This document shows, piece by piece, positions 49,999-60,972 of a stretch of 64,000 bases of DNA (position 1 is its first letter; each line of letters begins with the position of its first letter). The notes beneath the pieces were generated by a model. The model was given only the letters and a program-made list of their open reading frames with translations. It searched no databases and was not told the origin of the DNA. The DNA lies in the NCBI GenBank assembly GCA_019358935.1, contig JAHHIK010000023.1:1-64000 (forward strand). The letters run 5' to 3'. Origin of the DNA: Tolypothrix carrinoi HA7290-LM1 (GTDB lineage: Bacteria > Cyanobacteriota > Cyanobacteriia > Cyanobacteriales > Nostocaceae). Made by a program: the position numbers and the translations under genes.

Positions 49999-50229
49999 TC
50001 AGCAATTAATCGCTTCCTCGTTTCCAGTCTGAGACTGGGAACGAGTCTGATGCAAAGTTAAAAAACTTAATATATAAATTTACTCCAGACCATTCATAAA
50101 TAATTATCTATATATATTGATGAAAAAGAATAAAAAGAAGCCCAAAATCATTCACTCATAGTATAAAAATAATAATTATCATAAATATAAAGCTATATAT
50201 TCAAGTTTTATCCGGCATTTGCGACTGAA

Positions 50230-50249
50230 CTATAAGTTTTTACTTATAG
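50230..50249. promoter_or_regulatory. Palindrome upstream of cmpA, candidate LysR-type (CmpR) binding site
   Basis: CTATAAGT-TTTT-ACTTATAG; similar ATAAAT...CTAT motifs nearby upstream. Confidence 0.5.
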
Positions 50250-50553
50250 ATCCAATATAATATTTTTTTAATAATTACAGTTTAAAAGATATCAATTTGC
50301 GATCAAAACCTGTAAACTGTTTTCAACAAGGTTAGCGATCCCAAAAGATCGCATCTATCTAAAGAACAGTAAATAAATTAACCACAGTTTCTCTTTAAGC
50401 AGTCGAACGAGTCTTTTCTACTGGAAAAGGCGCATATCTGCTTATTAGTTATAGCTGAAAATTGCCATTGCCAGCGCAAGAAACATTTCTATTGTTTCTC
50501 TGCTTAAATTGTCGTACTTAAAAACAAGAAAGTTCCCACTGAAGGAGATATAT

Positions 50554-51921
50554 ATGACAGATTTTTTTAATCAATTTACTCGTCGCAAATTTATATTAAC
50601 AGCCGGAGCCTCTGCGGGTGCTGTGTTCCTCAAAGGCTGTTTGGGAAATCCCCCGGCAAGCATTACAGGTAATAGCGTACAGGCACAGCCAGCGGTTCAA
50701 CCTGTTGCCAATTTAACTCCAGAACAAAGACCAGAAACGACTACAGTTAAGTTAGGATATATCCCAATTGTAGAGGCGGCTCCGTTAATTATTGCCAAAG
50801 AAAAAGGCTTTTTTGCGAAGTATGGCATGACCAATGTTAACCTTTCCAAACAAGCTTCTTGGGGTTCAGCGCGGGACAATATAGAAATTGGTTCTGCTGG
50901 TGGTGGGATTGATGGTGGACAATGGCAAATGCCAATGCCGCATTTAATTAGCGAAGGTTTAATTACCAAAGGCAATCAAAAAATTCCCATGTATGTGCTG
51001 TGTCAATTGATTACGCATGGAAATGGAATTGCGATCGCCAACAAGCACCTAGGCAAAAATATTAGTTTGCAACTTGCCGGCGCTAAGTCTTTATTTACAC
51101 AACTCAAATCTTCAACACCTTTTACCGCTGCATTCACCTTTCCCCATGTCAACCAGGATTTGTGGATTCGATATTGGTTAGCTGCCGGCGGTTTAGATCC
51201 GGATGCAGATGTCAAATTGCTGACAGTACCGGCAGCGCAAACTGTCGCCAACATGAAGACTGGAACGATGGATGCCTTTAGTACCGGCGATCCTTGGCCC
51301 AATCGTCTTGTGAAAGACAAAATTGGCTACATGGCAGCATTAACCGCAGAAATTTGGAAGAATCACCCCGAAGAATACTTTGCCATGAAAGCTGATTGGG
51401 TTGACAAAAATCCTAAAGCAACCAAAGCAATTTTAAAAGGAATTATGGCGGCTCAACAATGGTTAGATAATTTTGATAACCGGAAAGAAGCGGCTCAAAT
51501 TCTCGCTGGTAGAAATTATTTTAATCTTCCTGCGGAAGTTTTGATTGAACCATTCCAAGGTAAGTATGACATGGGTGATGGTCGCAAAATTGATGATAAA
51601 TCTATGGCGGCTTATTACTGGAAAGATGGAAAAGGTAGTGTTTCTTATCCTTACAAGAGTCATGATTTGTGGTTCATAGTTGAAAATGTTCGCTGGGGAT
51701 TTTTGCCGAAAGAATACTTGACTAATGCTAAAGCATTAATCGATAAAGTTAACCGCGAAGATATTTGGAAAGAAGCTGCGAAAGAAGCTGGAATTGCCGC
51801 TGCTGATATTCCGACAAGTACTTCGCGTGGGGTGGAAGAATTTTTTGATGGGGTTAAGTTTGACCCTGAGAAGCCAGAAGAATATCTCAGAAGTTTGAAG
51901 ATTAAGAAGGTTAGTGTTTAG
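50554..51921 (+). CDS. cmpA: Bicarbonate ABC transporter (BCT1) substrate-binding lipoprotein
   Basis: Tat-like [22 protein letters not shown] (CmpA-type), [10 protein letters not shown]; no nirA upstream; AAGGAG RBS. Confidence 0.88.
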   Translation: MTDFFNQFTRRKFILTAGASAGAVFLKGCLGNPPASITGNSVQAQPAVQPVANLTPEQRPETTTVKLGYIPIVEAAPLIIAKEKGFFAKYGMTNVNLSKQASWGSARDNIEIGSAGGGIDGGQWQMPMPHLISEGLITKGNQKIPMYVLCQLITHGNGIAIANKHLGKNISLQLAGAKSLFTQLKSSTPFTAAFTFPHVNQDLWIRYWLAAGGLDPDADVKLLTVPAAQTVANMKTGTMDAFSTGDPWPNRLVKDKIGYMAALTAEIWKNHPEEYFAMKADWVDKNPKATKAILKGIMAAQQWLDNFDNRKEAAQILAGRNYFNLPAEVLIEPFQGKYDMGDGRKIDDKSMAAYYWKDGKGSVSYPYKSHDLWFIVENVRWGFLPKEYLTNAKALIDKVNREDIWKEAAKEAGIAAADIPTSTSRGVEEFFDGVKFDPEKPEEYLRSLKIKKVSV

Positions 51922-51929
51922 GTAAATAA

Positions 51930-51981
51930 GCCGTCAGACTAAAGTCTGCGGCTATACAAACGAAGTCTGCCTACGCAGACT
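51930..51981. repeat. Double-hairpin dispersed repeat (half-unit of the element at 55253-55372)
   Basis: CAGACTAAAGTCTG hairpin, GCTATACAAAC, then AGTCTGCCTACGCAGACT hairpin. Confidence 0.7.
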
Positions 51982-52016
51982 AGAAGAAAGAAATAAATTT
52001 TAGGAGAATACAGACA

Positions 52017-52856
52017 ATGACAATTGCTCAAAAACGTCCTGGTGGCGCTAGGTTGGATAATAGTTTTATTTCTCGGTTGAAGAAGCAGTTTCCTAATTTG
52101 ATTCCTCCGGCTATTGCGATCGCTATCTTTTTAATTCTTTGGCAATTATTTGCTTTCATTCCTGGCGCAACTCTACCAGGTCCGATACAGGTTGTACAAG
52201 ATACTTGGATATTGATATTTTGGCCCTTTTATGACAACGGTGGGATAGATAAGGGCTTGTTTTGGCAGATTTTAGCCAGTCTGAAAAGAGTTGCGATTAG
52301 CTATACTTTAGCGGCGATTGTTGGTATTGGCTTGGGCGTTTTGATCGGTGTGAATCAAACAATGTCCAAAGCTTTAGATCCTCTGTTTCAACTACTGCGG
52401 ACTGTACCACCTTTGGCTTGGGTGCCGATTTCCTTAGCAGCTTTGCGACAAAACGAACCCGCTGCTTTATTCGTAATTTTCATCACCGCAATTTGGCCCA
52501 TTTTAATTAACACTGCTGTCGGCGTAACTCAAATTCCCCAAGATTACAACAACGTCGCCAAAGTTTTGCAACTTAGCCGCAAAGAATATTTCACAAACAT
52601 TCTGATTCCGTCGGCTTTACCTTACATTTTCACCGGATTGAGAATTGCGATCGGTTTAGCTTGGTTGGCGATTATTGCCGCAGAAATCGTTATGTCCGGT
52701 ATTGTCGGCATTGGCTTTTTCATCTGGGATGCTTATCAAAATAACAACGTTAGTGAAGTTATTTTGGCTCTAGTTTACATCGGCGTTGTCGGTCTGCTGC
52801 TAGATAAACTCATGGGTTGGATTCAAAACAAGATTTTACCAGCAGAACAAAAGTAA
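52017..52856 (+). CDS. cmpB: Bicarbonate ABC transporter permease
   Basis: DKGLFWQILASLKRV, LRTVPPLAWVP, GLRIAIGLAWLAIIAAE. Confidence 0.88.
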   Translation: MTIAQKRPGGARLDNSFISRLKKQFPNLIPPAIAIAIFLILWQLFAFIPGATLPGPIQVVQDTWILIFWPFYDNGGIDKGLFWQILASLKRVAISYTLAAIVGIGLGVLIGVNQTMSKALDPLFQLLRTVPPLAWVPISLAALRQNEPAALFVIFITAIWPILINTAVGVTQIPQDYNNVAKVLQLSRKEYFTNILIPSALPYIFTGLRIAIGLAWLAIIAAEIVMSGIVGIGFFIWDAYQNNNVSEVILALVYIGVVGLLLDKLMGWIQNKILPAEQK

Positions 52857-53150
52857 GACAAGGAGACAAGGAGGACAAGGGGACAAGGGGACAAGGAGGA
52901 CAAGGAGACAAGGGGACAAGGAGGACAAGGAGGACAAGGAGGACAAGGAGGACAAGGAAGCAATTTTTCTTTATCTCCCCTTGTCTCCCCCCTCTCCCTT
53001 GTCTCCCCCCTCCCCCTTGTCTCCCCCCTCTCCCTTGTCTCCCCCCTCCCCCTTGTCTCCCCATTCCCCCTTGTCTCCCCCCTCCCCCTTGTCTCCCCCC
53101 TCCTCCCCACTCCCCATTCCCCATTCCCCATTCCCCATTCCCCATTCCCC
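52856..53150. repeat. STRR mosaic (GGACAAGGA, CCTTGTCTCCCCC, CCCCATT)
   Basis: Visible tandem repeats in the cmpB-cmpC spacer. Confidence 0.95.
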
Positions 53151-53158
53151 AAACTGCC

Positions 53159-55162
53159 ATGTCTATCTTTGTTGCTGTTGACCAAATTGATAAGGTTTTT
53201 GAATTAACCGGCGGTGGTAAGTATATCGCCCTCAAAGGTATTAATCTGGAGATTAAAAAAGGTGAATTCGTTTCTCTAATTGGTCACTCCGGTTGCGGTA
53301 AATCGACTTTGTTAAATATGATTGCCGGTCTGGATTTGCCAAGTGAAGGTGTTGTGACTTTGGAAGGACAAAGAATCACCAAACCAGGTCCAGATAGAAT
53401 GGTGGTGTTTCAAAATTATTCGCTGTTACCTTGGCGGACGGTGAGAGAAAATATTACTCTTGCTGTAGATTCGGTGATGAAGGGTATGCCGGCAGGTGAA
53501 CGCAAAGCAATTGTCGAAAAACATATCGATATGGTGGGTTTGCGTCCCCATGCTGATAAACAACCGGGGATGTTATCGGGGGGACAAAAGCAACGGGTAG
53601 CGATCGCTCGCGCTTTGGCGATTCGTCCTAAGTTATTATTGCTAGATGAACCATTTGGTGCATTGGATGCACTCACACGCGGCAATTTGCAAGAACAATT
53701 AATGCAAATTTGTCAAGAAAATGAAGTTACTGCCGTGATGGTGACACACGATGTCGATGAGGCGGTGCTGTTGTCTGACAGAATTGTGATGTTGACCAAT
53801 GGACCCGAATCGAAAATTGGTGACATTCTGGAAGTCGATATTCCCAGACCCCGCAAGCGGATGGAAGTAGTGGAACATCCGAGTTACTACAGCTTGCGAA
53901 GTGAGATGATTTACTTCCTCAACCAGCAAAAACGCATCAAGAAAATTAGAGCGCGGAAAACTTCAGCGATCGCACGTCATGGCTTAGAAAAAGTTAACCT
54001 AGAAATTGGCTTTTTACCCTTGACAGCTTGCGCTCCTTTGGCGATCGCTAAAGAAAAAGGCTTCTTTGCCAAACATGGTTTAGATGAAGTTAGCCTCGTG
54101 CGTGAAAGCAGCTGGCGTGGTATCGTTGATGGCATGACCGGCGGTTATTTAGATGCGGCGCAAATGCCTTCAGGAATGCCGATGTGGTTGACTTTGGGAG
54201 GACATAACAACCAACCTTTGCCGGTAGTTACCGCCCTCACCATGACCCGCAACGGTAACGCCATCACCTTGGCGAGACGCTTCTATGAAGAAGGTGTGCA
54301 AAGCTTATCTGACTTCAAAAATTACCTGCTTCGCACCCGCGACTTACGCCACACAATGGGGGTAGTGCATCCCGCATCAATGCATAATTTGTTACTGCGC
54401 TACTGGCTAGCGGCTGGGGGAATTGACCCGGATTTAGACGTGGATATGAAGACTATCCCCCCAGCGCAGATGGTCGCTGACTTGAAAGCCTGCAGTATAG
54501 ATGGTTACTGCGTGGGTGAACCTTGGAACTATCGCGCTGCGGTCGAACAAATTGGCTTTACGATCGCTACCGACTTAGAAGTTTGGTGGGGACATCCTGG
54601 TAAAGTTCTCGGTGTGCGCGAAGATTGGGCAGAAACTTACCCTAACACCCACATCGCCTTAACCAAAGCTTTGCTAGAAGCTTGTTATTATTGTGCAATT
54701 CCGGAAAATGCTTTAGAGATTCGGCAAATTTTAGCACGACGGGAATACGTCAGCAACGATATCGAGTACATTCAAATCGAAGATCCGAATAGCGCCACTT
54801 GTAGCTTAGATTATCCGCTGCGCGATTATGCCCATCATCAATTTTACTCAGATTCTGCCATCAATCGTCCCAGTCGCACCGAGCAAATTTGGATCATGAG
54901 TCAATTAGCGCGTTGGGGTGATACTCCCTTTCCCAGAAATTGGGTGGAAGTTGTCGAAAGAGTCTGTCGAGTTCGCGTCTTCAGCACCGCTGCCCGCGAG
55001 TTAGGTTTAGATATTAGCTACACTCGTCAACCGATCCAACTGTTCGATGGAACTCCGTTTAATGCTGACGATCCGATCGCTTATCTCAACAGCTTGCACA
55101 TTAAACGTGATGTTTCTGTCGCTGAAGTAATTCTGGATACACCCACGAGAAGAGTAGCGTAG
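53159..55162 (+). CDS. cmpC: Bicarbonate ABC transporter ATP-binding protein with C-terminal substrate-binding-like domain
   Basis: GHSGCGKS, LSGGQKQR, LDEPFGALD, C-terminal NrtA/CmpA-like domain. True start is the ATG at 53159. Confidence 0.9.
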   Translation: MSIFVAVDQIDKVFELTGGGKYIALKGINLEIKKGEFVSLIGHSGCGKSTLLNMIAGLDLPSEGVVTLEGQRITKPGPDRMVVFQNYSLLPWRTVRENITLAVDSVMKGMPAGERKAIVEKHIDMVGLRPHADKQPGMLSGGQKQRVAIARALAIRPKLLLLDEPFGALDALTRGNLQEQLMQICQENEVTAVMVTHDVDEAVLLSDRIVMLTNGPESKIGDILEVDIPRPRKRMEVVEHPSYYSLRSEMIYFLNQQKRIKKIRARKTSAIARHGLEKVNLEIGFLPLTACAPLAIAKEKGFFAKHGLDEVSLVRESSWRGIVDGMTGGYLDAAQMPSGMPMWLTLGGHNNQPLPVVTALTMTRNGNAITLARRFYEEGVQSLSDFKNYLLRTRDLRHTMGVVHPASMHNLLLRYWLAAGGIDPDLDVDMKTIPPAQMVADLKACSIDGYCVGEPWNYRAAVEQIGFTIATDLEVWWGHPGKVLGVREDWAETYPNTHIALTKALLEACYYCAIPENALEIRQILARREYVSNDIEYIQIEDPNSATCSLDYPLRDYAHHQFYSDSAINRPSRTEQIWIMSQLARWGDTPFPRNWVEVVERVCRVRVFSTAARELGLDISYTRQPIQLFDGTPFNADDPIAYLNSLHIKRDVSVAEVILDTPTRRVA

Positions 55163-55252
55163 CAGAAGAGGAGGGGGGGAGGGGGAGAGGGGGGGAGTGG
55201 GGGAGATGAGGGAATAACTAATATCAATTCTTTGTGATGTTGCGCTTTATTA

Positions 55253-55372
55253 CCCTCAGGCTAGAAGCCTGGGGCTATACGAACAAAGCCCACCTGCGTG
55301 GGCTGAAAACCTCGGTTTTTCGCAGTCCGCGCAGGCGGACTTGGTTCGTATAGCGGCACCCTTTAGGGTGTC
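55253..55372. repeat. Symmetric multi-hairpin dispersed repeat (REP/MITE-like)
   Basis: GCTATACGAAC (55274-84) pairs with GTTCGTATAGC (55344-54), with two inner and two outer hairpins. Confidence 0.8.
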
Positions 55373-55394
55373 GGTGAGGGGCGAAAACACTCCC

Positions 55395-55644
55395 TGAGCC
55401 TTTGAACCTCAACGATGAGCCTTTTATCCTCAACTTTGAGCCTTTAAACTCGAACGTTGACCTTCTGAACCTCAACGATGACCTTCTGAACCTCAACGAT
55501 GACCTTCTGAACCTCAACGATGACCTTCTGAACTCGAACGATGACCTTCTGAACCTCAACTTTGACCTTCTGAACCTCAACGATGACCTTCTCAACTCGA
55601 ACGATGACCTTCTGAACCTCAACGATGACCTTTTTAACTTCTAA
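55395..55644. repeat. 21-bp tandem array TGACCTTCTGAACCTCAACGA x11 plus a partial unit
   Basis: Directly visible; reverse complement shares TTGAG(C/G)TTCAGAAGGT with the 7432-7641 array. Confidence 0.95.
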
Positions 55645-55650
55645 AACACC

Positions 55651-56508
55651 ATGCAAAACCGCACTTTAAGAGCAACCAGCATCGGACAACCATTAGATAC
55701 TGAAATTAACAACCTCCGCAAGCCTTTTTTAGAAATTAAAGATGTTTCTAAAGTTTATCCGACCAAGAAAGGACCCTTCACCGTACTCGATGGTGTTAAC
55801 CTGAATGTCGGACAGGGTGAGTTTATTTGCGTCATCGGTCACTCTGGCTGTGGCAAATCGACACTATTAAATATGGTATCCGGTTTTAACTTTCCCAGTT
55901 CCGGACAAGTGCTGCTAGAAGGACTACCGATTACCAAACCGGGTCCCGATAGGATGGTTGTCTTCCAAAATTATGCCTTGCTACCTTGGCGGACTGCTTT
56001 TGAAAATATATACTTGGCTGTTAACGCGGTTTCTCCCAACAAACCCGAAGCCGAAAAAAGAGCGATCGTCCGCGATCATTTAGCGATGGTGGGACTAGCT
56101 GACGCGATGGACAAAAAACCACCGCAAATGTCTGGGGGTATGAGACAGCGGGTTTCTATCGCTCGTGCTTTGGCAATTCGTCCGAAAGTGTTAATTTTAG
56201 ATGAACCATTTGGGGCGTTAGATGCTATCACCAAAGAAGAATTACAAGAAGAATTGCTGAAAATCTGGGGTGATAACCGCTGTACAGTGTTGATGATTAC
56301 CCATGATATCGATGAAGCGCTCTTTTTAGCAGACAAATTGGTGATGATGACCAACGGTCCACATGCGAAAATTGGCGAAGTCATGTCTATTCCTTTTGCG
56401 CGTCCACGCGATCGCTCTCGCATTATGGAAGATCCCCAATATTATCAACTGCGTAACTATGCTTTAGACTTTCTCTTTAACCGCTTTGCCCATGATGATG
56501 TAGGTTAG
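55651..56508 (+). CDS. cmpD: Bicarbonate ABC transporter ATP-binding protein
   Basis: GHSGCGKS, MSGGMRQR, LDEPFGALDAITKEELQEEL. Confidence 0.9.
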   Translation: MQNRTLRATSIGQPLDTEINNLRKPFLEIKDVSKVYPTKKGPFTVLDGVNLNVGQGEFICVIGHSGCGKSTLLNMVSGFNFPSSGQVLLEGLPITKPGPDRMVVFQNYALLPWRTAFENIYLAVNAVSPNKPEAEKRAIVRDHLAMVGLADAMDKKPPQMSGGMRQRVSIARALAIRPKVLILDEPFGALDAITKEELQEELLKIWGDNRCTVLMITHDIDEALFLADKLVMMTNGPHAKIGEVMSIPFARPRDRSRIMEDPQYYQLRNYALDFLFNRFAHDDVG

Positions 56509-56632
56509 CATCTTTCCCAAACGACGTAGGTTAGCACTTTTGACTTTTCACTCTTATGTGGAAGAGAAAAAGTTGTTCGCGGATTTTGTCCGCGAACAAA
56601 ACAAAGTTAACGCAACTTGTAGCCGAAATCTT

Positions 56633-57208
56633 TTAGACAAGTGCTTTTCTCATTTTCATCGCTATGCCCAAGCATATTGCCGTAAGAGTGCCGAGAATCG
56701 TAGCAGGTTCGGGTACCGGCTCGCTAGCAACACTACCACGCAATTGGAAATTTAAATCGTTATAACTTTGATCTCCTCCGTTTGGCAAATCTTCAAAGCT
56801 AACATTTATTACGCCAGGAGAAATTTCAGTTGTAATAGCATGTATGGTATTGTCTGGGTTACGAGATGCCAGACCTGTAAAATAAGTTTGTCCGGGATCT
56901 TGGACGTAGATCCCAAAAAGTAATTCCTCTAGAGATGGAAAACTCCCCAGATTCACAATTCTACCAACTTGTCGATTAGTACCGATAGGTGTGAAATTCC
57001 CATTTGGATTTAGTGAAGAGTATAAGCGCAATTCACTAGTATATGACGCAAATGGGTTGCCTTGTAAAATTTCTGCTTCTACATTTCCTCCTGTGGAAAA
57101 AATCCGCCCGCCTACATCTGCTGCTTGGGCAGAACTAACTGTACCTGCAACGAGAAATGCAGCGCCAACAGTCGCCATTGAAAAGCTTTTGAGGTATTTC
57201 GTTGTCAT
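56633..57208 (-). CDS. PEP-CTERM sorting-domain protein (DUF4114-like)
   Basis: Signal peptide ...SAQA, FEDL..GGD..YNDL, C-terminal VPEP plus TM and basic tail. Confidence 0.9.
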   Translation of the reverse strand: MTTKYLKSFSMATVGAAFLVAGTVSSAQAADVGGRIFSTGGNVEAEILQGNPFASYTSELRLYSSLNPNGNFTPIGTNRQVGRIVNLGSFPSLEELLFGIYVQDPGQTYFTGLASRNPDNTIHAITTEISPGVINVSFEDLPNGGDQSYNDLNFQLRGSVASEPVPEPATILGTLTAICLGIAMKMRKALV

Positions 57209-57314
57209 TGATTATTTACCGGAAGATTTTGGTGGTGGTTAATTGAAAACCTTATTTGGAGCTGCACCTGTTAATATAAATAGCACACTGAAAGATTATG
57301 TAAAGTCTTTTTTT

Positions 57315-57368
57315 GTAGTGAGGACTGAAGTCCTCATCAATCAAGCAAAAAACTAAAGTCCTTACTAC
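57315..57368. repeat. GTAG-type palindromic repeat
   Basis: GTAGTGAGGACTGAAGTCCTCA...ACTAAAGTCCTTACTAC; a related half occurs near 5085-5105. Confidence 0.7.
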
Positions 57369-57501
57369 GAGTCTTTCACTCCCCCTTCCCCCCCTCCCCC
57401 TCTCCCCCCCTCCTCCCAATAATCTTTTTTATCTACGTACCAGCATTTTGATAAGTTAGTACATGAGTTAAAAATAATTACGTTGCAAAAAAGGGGTTAC
57501 G

Positions 57502-58692
57502 TTGAGTTACCATCCAGATACCATTGCTCCCCACGGTGGACAGTTGGTGAATCGCATTGCTACCGCAGAACAAAGAGAGGAATTTCTCTCGAAAGCTGAT
57601 GTTTTGCCGCAAGTGCAGCTTGATGAGCGAGCTGTTTCTGATTTAGAAATGATCGCGATCGGCGGTTTTAGTCCTCTGACGGGTTTTATGAATCAAGAAG
57701 ACTACGATCGCGTTGTCACTCAAATGCGTCTCGCTAACGGTGTTGTGTGGTCAATTCCGATTACACTGTCGGTCAGCGAAGAAATTGCTGACCGACTTAC
57801 CGAAGGCAACTTGATCCGCTTGGATAACCCCGCAGGTGAGTTTATCGGGGTTTTGCAACTGACGCAAAAGTACCGCTACGACAAAAACAAAGAAGCAATT
57901 AATGTTTACCGCACCGATGATATCAACCATCCGGGGGTGCAAGTACTGTACAACCAAGGTTCTGTACATCTTGCCGGCGACATCTGGCTATTGCAACGCA
58001 AACCCCATCCCCAGTTTCCCACCTACCAAATCGATCCAGCCGAATCACGAGAGATGTTTAAAGTCAATGGCTGGAAAACAATTGTTGGTTTTCAAACCCG
58101 CAACCCGATCCACCGCGCTCATGAATATATCCAAAAGTGCGCTTTGGAAACAGTGGATGCTTTATTTTTGCATCCTTTGGTCGGAGCGACAAAAGATGAT
58201 GACATTGCCGCTGATGTGCGGATGCGCTGTTATGAAATTTTGCTGGATCACTACTATCCCCGCGATCGCGTGATTTTAGCAATCAATCCCGCAGCGATGC
58301 GTTATGCAGGTCCGCGTGAAGCGATTTTTCATGCTTTAGTCCGCAAAAACTACGGCTGCACTCACTTTATCGTCGGACGAGATCATGCTGGTGTGGGTAA
58401 CTACTACGGCACATACGATGCTCAACATATCTTTGATGAGTTCGATCCCAGTGAATTAGGGATTATACCGATGAAGTTTGAACACGCTTTCTATTGTACG
58501 CGCACCAAGCAAATGGCGACGACGAAAACCAGTCCCAGCAAACCAGAAGAACGGATTCACCTGTCGGGAACAAAAGTACGGGAAATGCTAAGACGAGGTG
58601 AATCACCTCCACCAGAATTTTCTCGTCCGGAAGTAGCAGCAGAATTGACACGGGCAATGCGCGTGGAAGATAGCTGGTATATGCACATATAG
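57502..58692 (+). CDS. sat: Sulfate adenylyltransferase
   Basis: [54 protein letters not shown]. Confidence 0.98.
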   Translation: MSYHPDTIAPHGGQLVNRIATAEQREEFLSKADVLPQVQLDERAVSDLEMIAIGGFSPLTGFMNQEDYDRVVTQMRLANGVVWSIPITLSVSEEIADRLTEGNLIRLDNPAGEFIGVLQLTQKYRYDKNKEAINVYRTDDINHPGVQVLYNQGSVHLAGDIWLLQRKPHPQFPTYQIDPAESREMFKVNGWKTIVGFQTRNPIHRAHEYIQKCALETVDALFLHPLVGATKDDDIAADVRMRCYEILLDHYYPRDRVILAINPAAMRYAGPREAIFHALVRKNYGCTHFIVGRDHAGVGNYYGTYDAQHIFDEFDPSELGIIPMKFEHAFYCTRTKQMATTKTSPSKPEERIHLSGTKVREMLRRGESPPPEFSRPEVAAELTRAMRVEDSWYMHI

Positions 58693-58803
58693 TAAACTAA
58701 ACTTGTACAAGTTTTTCTTTACCCTACAGACTTCAGCCCTTTAAGCTGATAGCTGATGTTCCGTAGACTCGAAGTGGCTTTCAGTAGGGTAGGTTAATAA
58801 ATA

Positions 58804-60972
58804 ATGATGAAGCGACGAACGTTTTTACAACGGATTGGCTTTATACTCGCAGCGTTGGGAGTGACTGAGGCTGGGTGGTTGTCCTTAGGTAATCGCTATT
58901 ACCAAGCTTTGGCACAACCCAGCCCGCGTAAAGTGGCATTATTGATCGGTATCAATAAATATCCCCAAAATTTAGCACTTGGGGGCTGTTTAACTGATGT
59001 CGAACTGCAAAAGGAACTTTTGATTTACCGCTTTGGCTTTCAAGAGTCAGATATTTTGACTTTGACTGATGAACAAGCTACCAGAGAAAAAATTGAAAAT
59101 GCTTTTTTAGACCATCTGGTTCAAGATGCTAAACCATCGGATGTGGTTGTCTTCCACTTTAGCGGTTATGGCAGCCGCATTAAATTAAACGCAGCAGAAG
59201 AATCCCTGGTAAACACTCTCATTCCCTTTGATGGAACTTACATATCAGAAAACAGTCCAACAGTCAATTGTTTATTAGAAGAAACATTGATGTTATTGTG
59301 GCGACAGCTGACCGCACGAGTAACAGCAATACTCGATACAAGCTATCATGCGCCATTAATCGCTTGTTCAACAGCTTCTTTAATTCGCGCCTACCAAATG
59401 CCGGCAGAAGCCGAATTCGCAACAGCAGAACTCGACTTTCAAAAAGAACTTAAAAGCAAAAGTATAAGCGATCGCCCGACACCGCTGCTGCTATCTGCCA
59501 CCTCGAACCCCAAAGAGTTGGCCAGGGAAATACTATTATCTGGTTTCAGCGTAGGATTATTTACCTACGCCTTGACGCAGTATTTGTGGGAAGCAACTCC
59601 AGTAACGACAATTATTCACACTTTGTCGCAAGTGGGAAGTTCGATACGCCAACTGGATGGTAAACAGCAGCCAGCATTATTAAATAGCAAAGAAAATCAA
59701 TCAACGTTACTGAGCGATAATTTTGTTACAGAAAGCATCATTGGTGCCCAAGGAGTAATTACAGCAACAGAAGAGGATGGTAAAACAGTCCAAGTGTGGT
59801 TAGGCGGAATACCTTTACAAGTGCTGGAGTATTATGGAGTAAATTCGCGACTGAGTTTAGTGAGCGAAGATGCAAATATACAAATTGTATTGCGATCGCG
59901 TAACGGATTAACCGCAAAAGCGCAAATCTCCGACGAAACTAAAAGTGCAACTCCGATTAAAGTCGGGCAATTAGTTCAAGAACAAAAGCGAGTTTTACCC
60001 AAAAATATTAACTTAAGCGTTGCTCTGGGTACTAAACTAGAAAGAATTGAGCGCGTAGATGCTACCAGTGGTTTTGCGACGATTTCTCGCGTATCTAGTG
60101 TAATTGCAGGAGAACAACCAGCCGATTATGTATTTGGGAAATTACCAGAAACAAAAATTCCCGATTCACCAGCATCTCCCAGTCGCTACGGTTTATTTTC
60201 TCTCTCCTGCGAATTGATTCCCAACACCGCAGGAGAAGATGGAGAAGCAGCGAAAGTTGCAGTACAACGCTTAGAACGAAGATTGCAAACTTTGCTAGCG
60301 GCGAAATTATGGCGACTGACAGAAAATGAAGGTTCTTCTCGCTTGGCACTCAAAGCTAGTTTAGAGATAATTAGCGGTATTACGCCTCGCGTAGTCATGC
60401 AACGCGAAACAGTGCGAGTAACTGCACAATCGAGTAAGAAATTACTCAGCAGCGAAGCCGGATATGTTCCCACGGTACCGATAGGTAGCCGGATGCAATA
60501 CCGCGTGGAAAATTTGAGCGATCGCCCGATATATTTGATGCTGCTAGGATTAAATAGTAGTAGAACAGCGATCGCATTTTACCCCACTTCCCGCAGTCAA
60601 GAACTTAACGCCGAAACAAAACCACCCCTGAAAGAAGTCGTCATCGCCCCTGGTGAAATTATCACCTTACCAAAAAGTGCCACTGATTCTGAATGGGTGA
60701 TTCCCGGTTCCGCTGATGAATACGAACACCAAGTAATTTTTAGCACCGCACCCTTCACCCAAACCCTCGCTGCCGTTCAAGCTGCTAAATATTCCACCGC
60801 AGATAAACAACCGATTATCGAATTGTCGAAACCCTTAGAAGTAGCCCAAGCCCTTTTGCAAGACTTGCACAACGCCAGCGCAGCGAGGGAGACAACCAGC
60901 CAAAGTAGCGATTTTTACGCCTTTGATGTGAATAATTGGGCAAGTCTTAGCTTTATTTTTCAAGTGGTTTAA
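58804..60972 (+). CDS. Caspase-family (C14) pseudo-orthocaspase with Tat-like signal and DUF4384-like C-terminus
   Basis: KRRTFLQ, ALLIGINKY..LGGC..DV, FHFSGYG (His replaced by Tyr), ILDTSY (Cys replaced by Ser). Confidence 0.88.
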   Translation: MMKRRTFLQRIGFILAALGVTEAGWLSLGNRYYQALAQPSPRKVALLIGINKYPQNLALGGCLTDVELQKELLIYRFGFQESDILTLTDEQATREKIENAFLDHLVQDAKPSDVVVFHFSGYGSRIKLNAAEESLVNTLIPFDGTYISENSPTVNCLLEETLMLLWRQLTARVTAILDTSYHAPLIACSTASLIRAYQMPAEAEFATAELDFQKELKSKSISDRPTPLLLSATSNPKELAREILLSGFSVGLFTYALTQYLWEATPVTTIIHTLSQVGSSIRQLDGKQQPALLNSKENQSTLLSDNFVTESIIGAQGVITATEEDGKTVQVWLGGIPLQVLEYYGVNSRLSLVSEDANIQIVLRSRNGLTAKAQISDETKSATPIKVGQLVQEQKRVLPKNINLSVALGTKLERIERVDATSGFATISRVSSVIAGEQPADYVFGKLPETKIPDSPASPSRYGLFSLSCELIPNTAGEDGEAAKVAVQRLERRLQTLLAAKLWRLTENEGSSRLALKASLEIISGITPRVVMQRETVRVTAQSSKKLLSSEAGYVPTVPIGSRMQYRVENLSDRPIYLMLLGLNSSRTAIAFYPTSRSQELNAETKPPLKEVVIAPGEIITLPKSATDSEWVIPGSADEYEHQVIFSTAPFTQTLAAVQAAKYSTADKQPIIELSKPLEVAQALLQDLHNASAARETTSQSSDFYAFDVNNWASLSFIFQVV

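Noticed and set aside
52817..53158. N-terminal extension of cmpC in the ORF track
   Set aside because: Repeat-derived and overlapping cmpB; the real start is the ATG at 53159.
50554..56508. Nitrate transporter nrtABCD
   Set aside because: No nirA or narB flanking, and the binding protein has CmpA-type motifs (GCLGNPP, QWQMPMP); called cmpABCD.
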